Shown here in pieces: positions 60,049 to 64,000 of a DNA stretch of 64,000 bases; the first letter of the stretch is position 1; each line of letters starts with the position of its first letter. The notes beneath the pieces were generated by a model. It had not been told where the DNA came from. It ran no database searches and saw only the letters and a program-made list of their open reading frames with translations. This DNA is from the human T2T-CHM13v2.0 reference genome, Homo sapiens: assembly GCF_009914755.1 (NCBI RefSeq), contig NC_060926.1. One strand, 5' to 3'. A program made the position numbers and the translations under genes.

Positions 60049-60216
60049 GTATGGTCTTAAGGAAAGGAATCACCGTAAGCTATGAGTATTGGCTATATAT
60101 AGGTACACATATGTACATACATACATACACACACACACATTTACCACATTTACTTACATGCCCTTCCTACTTTCCTTTCTACCTCCCTTCACTGATGGAC
60201 TTGGCTGGCTGGCTGA

Positions 60217-60506
<290 letters not shown>

Positions 60507-63320
60507 AAAAGCTTTTAAAAGTATTAATTTCTAGATACACTTTTTCCTAGTGTTTTCAACCTAATCAAGAAGAAAAATCTCGTTCATTTATTCTGTAGTT
60601 AGGCCAAGTTGTTTTAGTAAGAGGTCAATTTTAATCTCTTTCACATCTGTCATTTATAGTTGTAATTAATTTTTAGTTGTTAATTTACATACTGAGTTAA
60701 ACTGAACATTTTATATAAATTCTCACAGGCCTAGCAAAACTACTTATTACTTCTTCTTAACTACTTATTAATTAATGTTAGCAAAATAGCATTAACAGAT
60801 TAGAAGGCTAGAAAAACATTTCAGCTTGTCATCGAAAATGTGGCCAAGACTCAGTGGAATTTCTAATCCTTTTCACTTTCAATGAAACCTCCGGTAACAC
60901 CCTCATCCATTAAGTTGATCAGACCTTGCCTCCTATCTTACCGGGAATTTGGAAGCCCTGGGACCTGACTTCATCTTCTACTTCAGCAAAATTTACTTTA
61001 ATCCCTCCCACCCTTTCTTCCTGCCCTCTAATGACAAAGGATAAGGTATTCAATCCTTCTACCACTCTCTTCCAGGGCTCCAGATTCCAGCCTTCTAGCC
61101 TTTTCAAGAATCTTCCTCATCTCCATCTATTAGTCAGAACAGGGAGGTTTGACAAGGAACATGAAGTGCCTTCCTGATGCTGTACGTTCTACACACTGAT
61201 CTGAGGGGGGCTTCACAGATACACAGATGTGTACACATTCTTTGAGCTGTATACTTATGGTTGTACACTTTGCTATATATAAATTATACTTTAATAAGAA
61301 AAAACAATCTTTATCAGTTATTTATACTCTTTCCATTATCATTAACCTGTTTCCTCTCTGCAGATCCTTTCTACTATTATTTAAACTTGCTCAAGCTTCA
61401 GCCAACTTTAAAAAAAAAAAAACTTCCCTCAACCCACATTTCTCATTATTTACTACCTTCTCTCCTTCTCCCTTTCAAAGCCAAGCTCATTCAAAGAGTT
61501 TTATATATTCACTGTCTCCTCTTCCTCTCTTCCAATTTATTCCAACTCACTGAAATCTGGCTTCTCGCTCTACTAGTCCACTTAACTGATACTGCTGTCC
61601 TCAAGTTAACAACACCTGTGCTATTGCTAATCTAATAATTTTTTTAGTCCTTGTTTTATTTCACTTGCAGATCACTCTTCTCAAAGTTCCCTAACATTAA
61701 ACTCTCCTGTTTTTTTTTTTTCCTACTACTAGTCACTCCTTTTAAGGCTCCACTTCCTCTAATAATTCCTTCAGTGTCCATGTTTCTCAGGAACTGCATC
61801 CTCAATCCTCTTCTCTCTCACGTTACTACTCCCCTGGATGAGCTCCATTACTCTCATGTCTTCCAACACCATCACATCACACTGGCGACATCCAGATTTA
61901 CATCCTCAGCCCAGACCGCTGCCTGACATCTCTCTAGGTACTCTGGAGATCCAACTACTACTGCCTGGACATCTGAAACTCATACAAAACTGAACTCATA
62001 ATTCTACTTATATATTCCCCCTCTGATTTTCCCTCTTAGGAAATGACACCATCATTAACCAATTTGTTCAAATCAGGCAACTCATGACTGACAGTAGTAA
62101 CTCATGACTAATACTTCATGTTAATGATTCAGCAGAGTACACAAGCACCCAAGACACACAGCTAACTTTATGTTTCTGTTGTCACTGCCACCAGAATGGC
62201 TCTCTGACCATGGGAGAGGTCTGTGCTAAAGCTGGTAGCAGTCTACAACCTTTTCCTTACCTTCCTTCCTCTACTGCTTTAGGTTGTCACGCTTTTTCAT
62301 TAGCCTACAAGCGTGTTAAGAGCAGAGATAATGTCTTATTCACTAAATCCCTAGTCTAACATAGTCAGCCCTCAAAAAATATTTGTTGAAATAAATAAAA
62401 AATATAACCAAAAATATAAGTAAACTCTTGACCAAACACGCCCAGAGATTGGTTGTATCTCTTCATCCAGACACCATCACCAACAAGGAGAGGAGGAATG
62501 GTAGGAAGAGCAGACAGTGGACTTGGGCTGGTTGTAGAACAAACCTCTCCCCCTGCTCGGGCACAGCTCCGGTACTACTAATAGCGGCAATGGCAAGAGC
62601 AGGAATGTGTGTTTAGGGTTTATCTTGGGTGCTAGCGTTTTGGTAAATTTTTTTCCCTAGTATCATTAAACATTTGCCACCTAACTGATAAATCACACTA
62701 ACTGGTGACAGTGCAGGGGGAGCGGGGGAAAGAGGCACTGGCTAGATACTCTGGCTAGATACTCTGGTTAACATTAGTTTAACAAGAAGAAAACAGAAGC
62801 AGAGACTAAAATCCAAGTTTGTGTGCTTCTAAAGCCTGTACTCTTTCCATTATGTCCTACTGGCTCTATCAAACACTACTCCTGGGATCTTCTCTTATTC
62901 ATGTATTTTATATGGATTGTGATAACACAATAAAGACTTTCGTTCCAAGGAACAAATTGCCTGTATCCAGTTAGGGCTGTGGAATCTAACTCCTTCAATT
63001 CTTTTAACAGTTGCTGTATGGCATAGCAGAAACAACGCTGGATTTGGAAATAAAAAAACACATAACTGCATCCCATTCTGGCACTGCAATGCTGACAGTT
63101 ACAACTTGTGTGAGTTTAAGCTTCCTTGGCTAGAACTTAGTTAGTAATAATAACTGTCCTATGCAGCTCTGAAGTATGTTGTAAAGTCCAAATGAGGTAA
63201 TGTTTAAGAAACATTTTACAAAGGTAAATATATGAAATTAATGGTCAACATTACTACAGAAACTAATATATTACAATGTATTTAGGTTATTCATGATTAA
63301 AAAAAAAATTCATTTCCTAC

Positions 63321-63418
63321 CTGAATTATATCTCCAGAATTAAAACTCATCTCATCATGGTTCCTTGCTTCAAAGGGGTATAATGCTCTATAATTCACCA
63401 AAACACTAGCTGTCTCAC
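63321..63418 (-). CDS. ITSN2: ITSN2 exon, SH3A N-half: [32 protein letters not shown]
   Basis: 98 nt (2+96); acceptor ctttag, donor gtagga; ALYPF SH3 motif. Confidence 0.96.
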
Positions 63419-64000
63419 CTAAAGAGAAGACAATTGTCATTATTTGCAACTTACATGTATACATCTTTGCTATGACTCAATAAAGAGCTCTAAAACCTAA
63501 AAGAAAAAATCAAGCACCAAATACTACAATGAAAATCCACTTGATACAGACTTGCTAGGATTTCAGTATCTTGACTAGTCATCTAATAAAAAAGCAAACA
63601 AGGATGCTCATCTTAAGTAAGGTAGGAGGCAGCAAAACAAAGAGATGACTTGCGGGATGAAGCACACACATGGGTAGAAAGGAAAGTGCAGGAGTGGGGG
63701 CCAGGCTGAGCTGTACAAAGTGGAAGGAGACCAAGCAAAGAGAGGCTTGGTTTGATCTGTGGAGGTCTGAATATAACAGGGAAGTAAAGGACAAAAAGGG
63801 GGGTCTCAAAAGATAAGAATAGCAAGTTAACAGGGATGGCTGAAGAAAAATCTATACATCTATCAGAATGGTTCTAAAAGGAAAACAGTGGAAGAGTACA
63901 CAAATATACTGAATTTGATAAGAATAAAATTGTTTACTTTGTTCATCTTTAGAATGTTTTAACTTATAAAATTTCAACAAACTGTATCATTAATAATGAT

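Noticed and set aside
62738-62767. Short direct repeat CTGGCTAGATACT x2, and a similar ~20-bp repeat at about 57790-57865
   Set aside because: Ordinary slippage duplications with no functional context.

Overview
Primate (very probably human) genomic DNA covering the 3' half of ITSN2 (intersectin-2) on the minus strand. I hand-spliced 18 coding exons, all GT-AG and phase-consistent, encoding SH3A-SH3E, the DH (RhoGEF) domain and the PH domain; the N-terminal exons and the C2-domain exons lie outside the window. Three 3' ends can be read: (i) a short isoform whose TGA stop is created across the junction to an alternative terminal exon (about 31570-34847, ~3.3 kb AU-rich 3'UTR); (ii) an intron read-through isoform ending [16 protein letters not shown]; (iii) the long DH-PH isoform. 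Introns are filled with Alu, L1, L2, MIR, LTR and DNA-transposon relics. The best leads are a CCaX prenylation-type C-terminus on the read-through isoform, a candidate cassette exon (27 nt in frame, or 117 nt poison) just upstream of the first DH exon, a multi-segment templated insertion inside an Alu (19257-19610), and the short-isoform 3'UTR, which I recall as the source of the chromosome-15 GOLGA core duplicon. Exon boundaries were counted to the base; repeat boundaries and subfamilies are approximate. No prokaryotic-type system is present.
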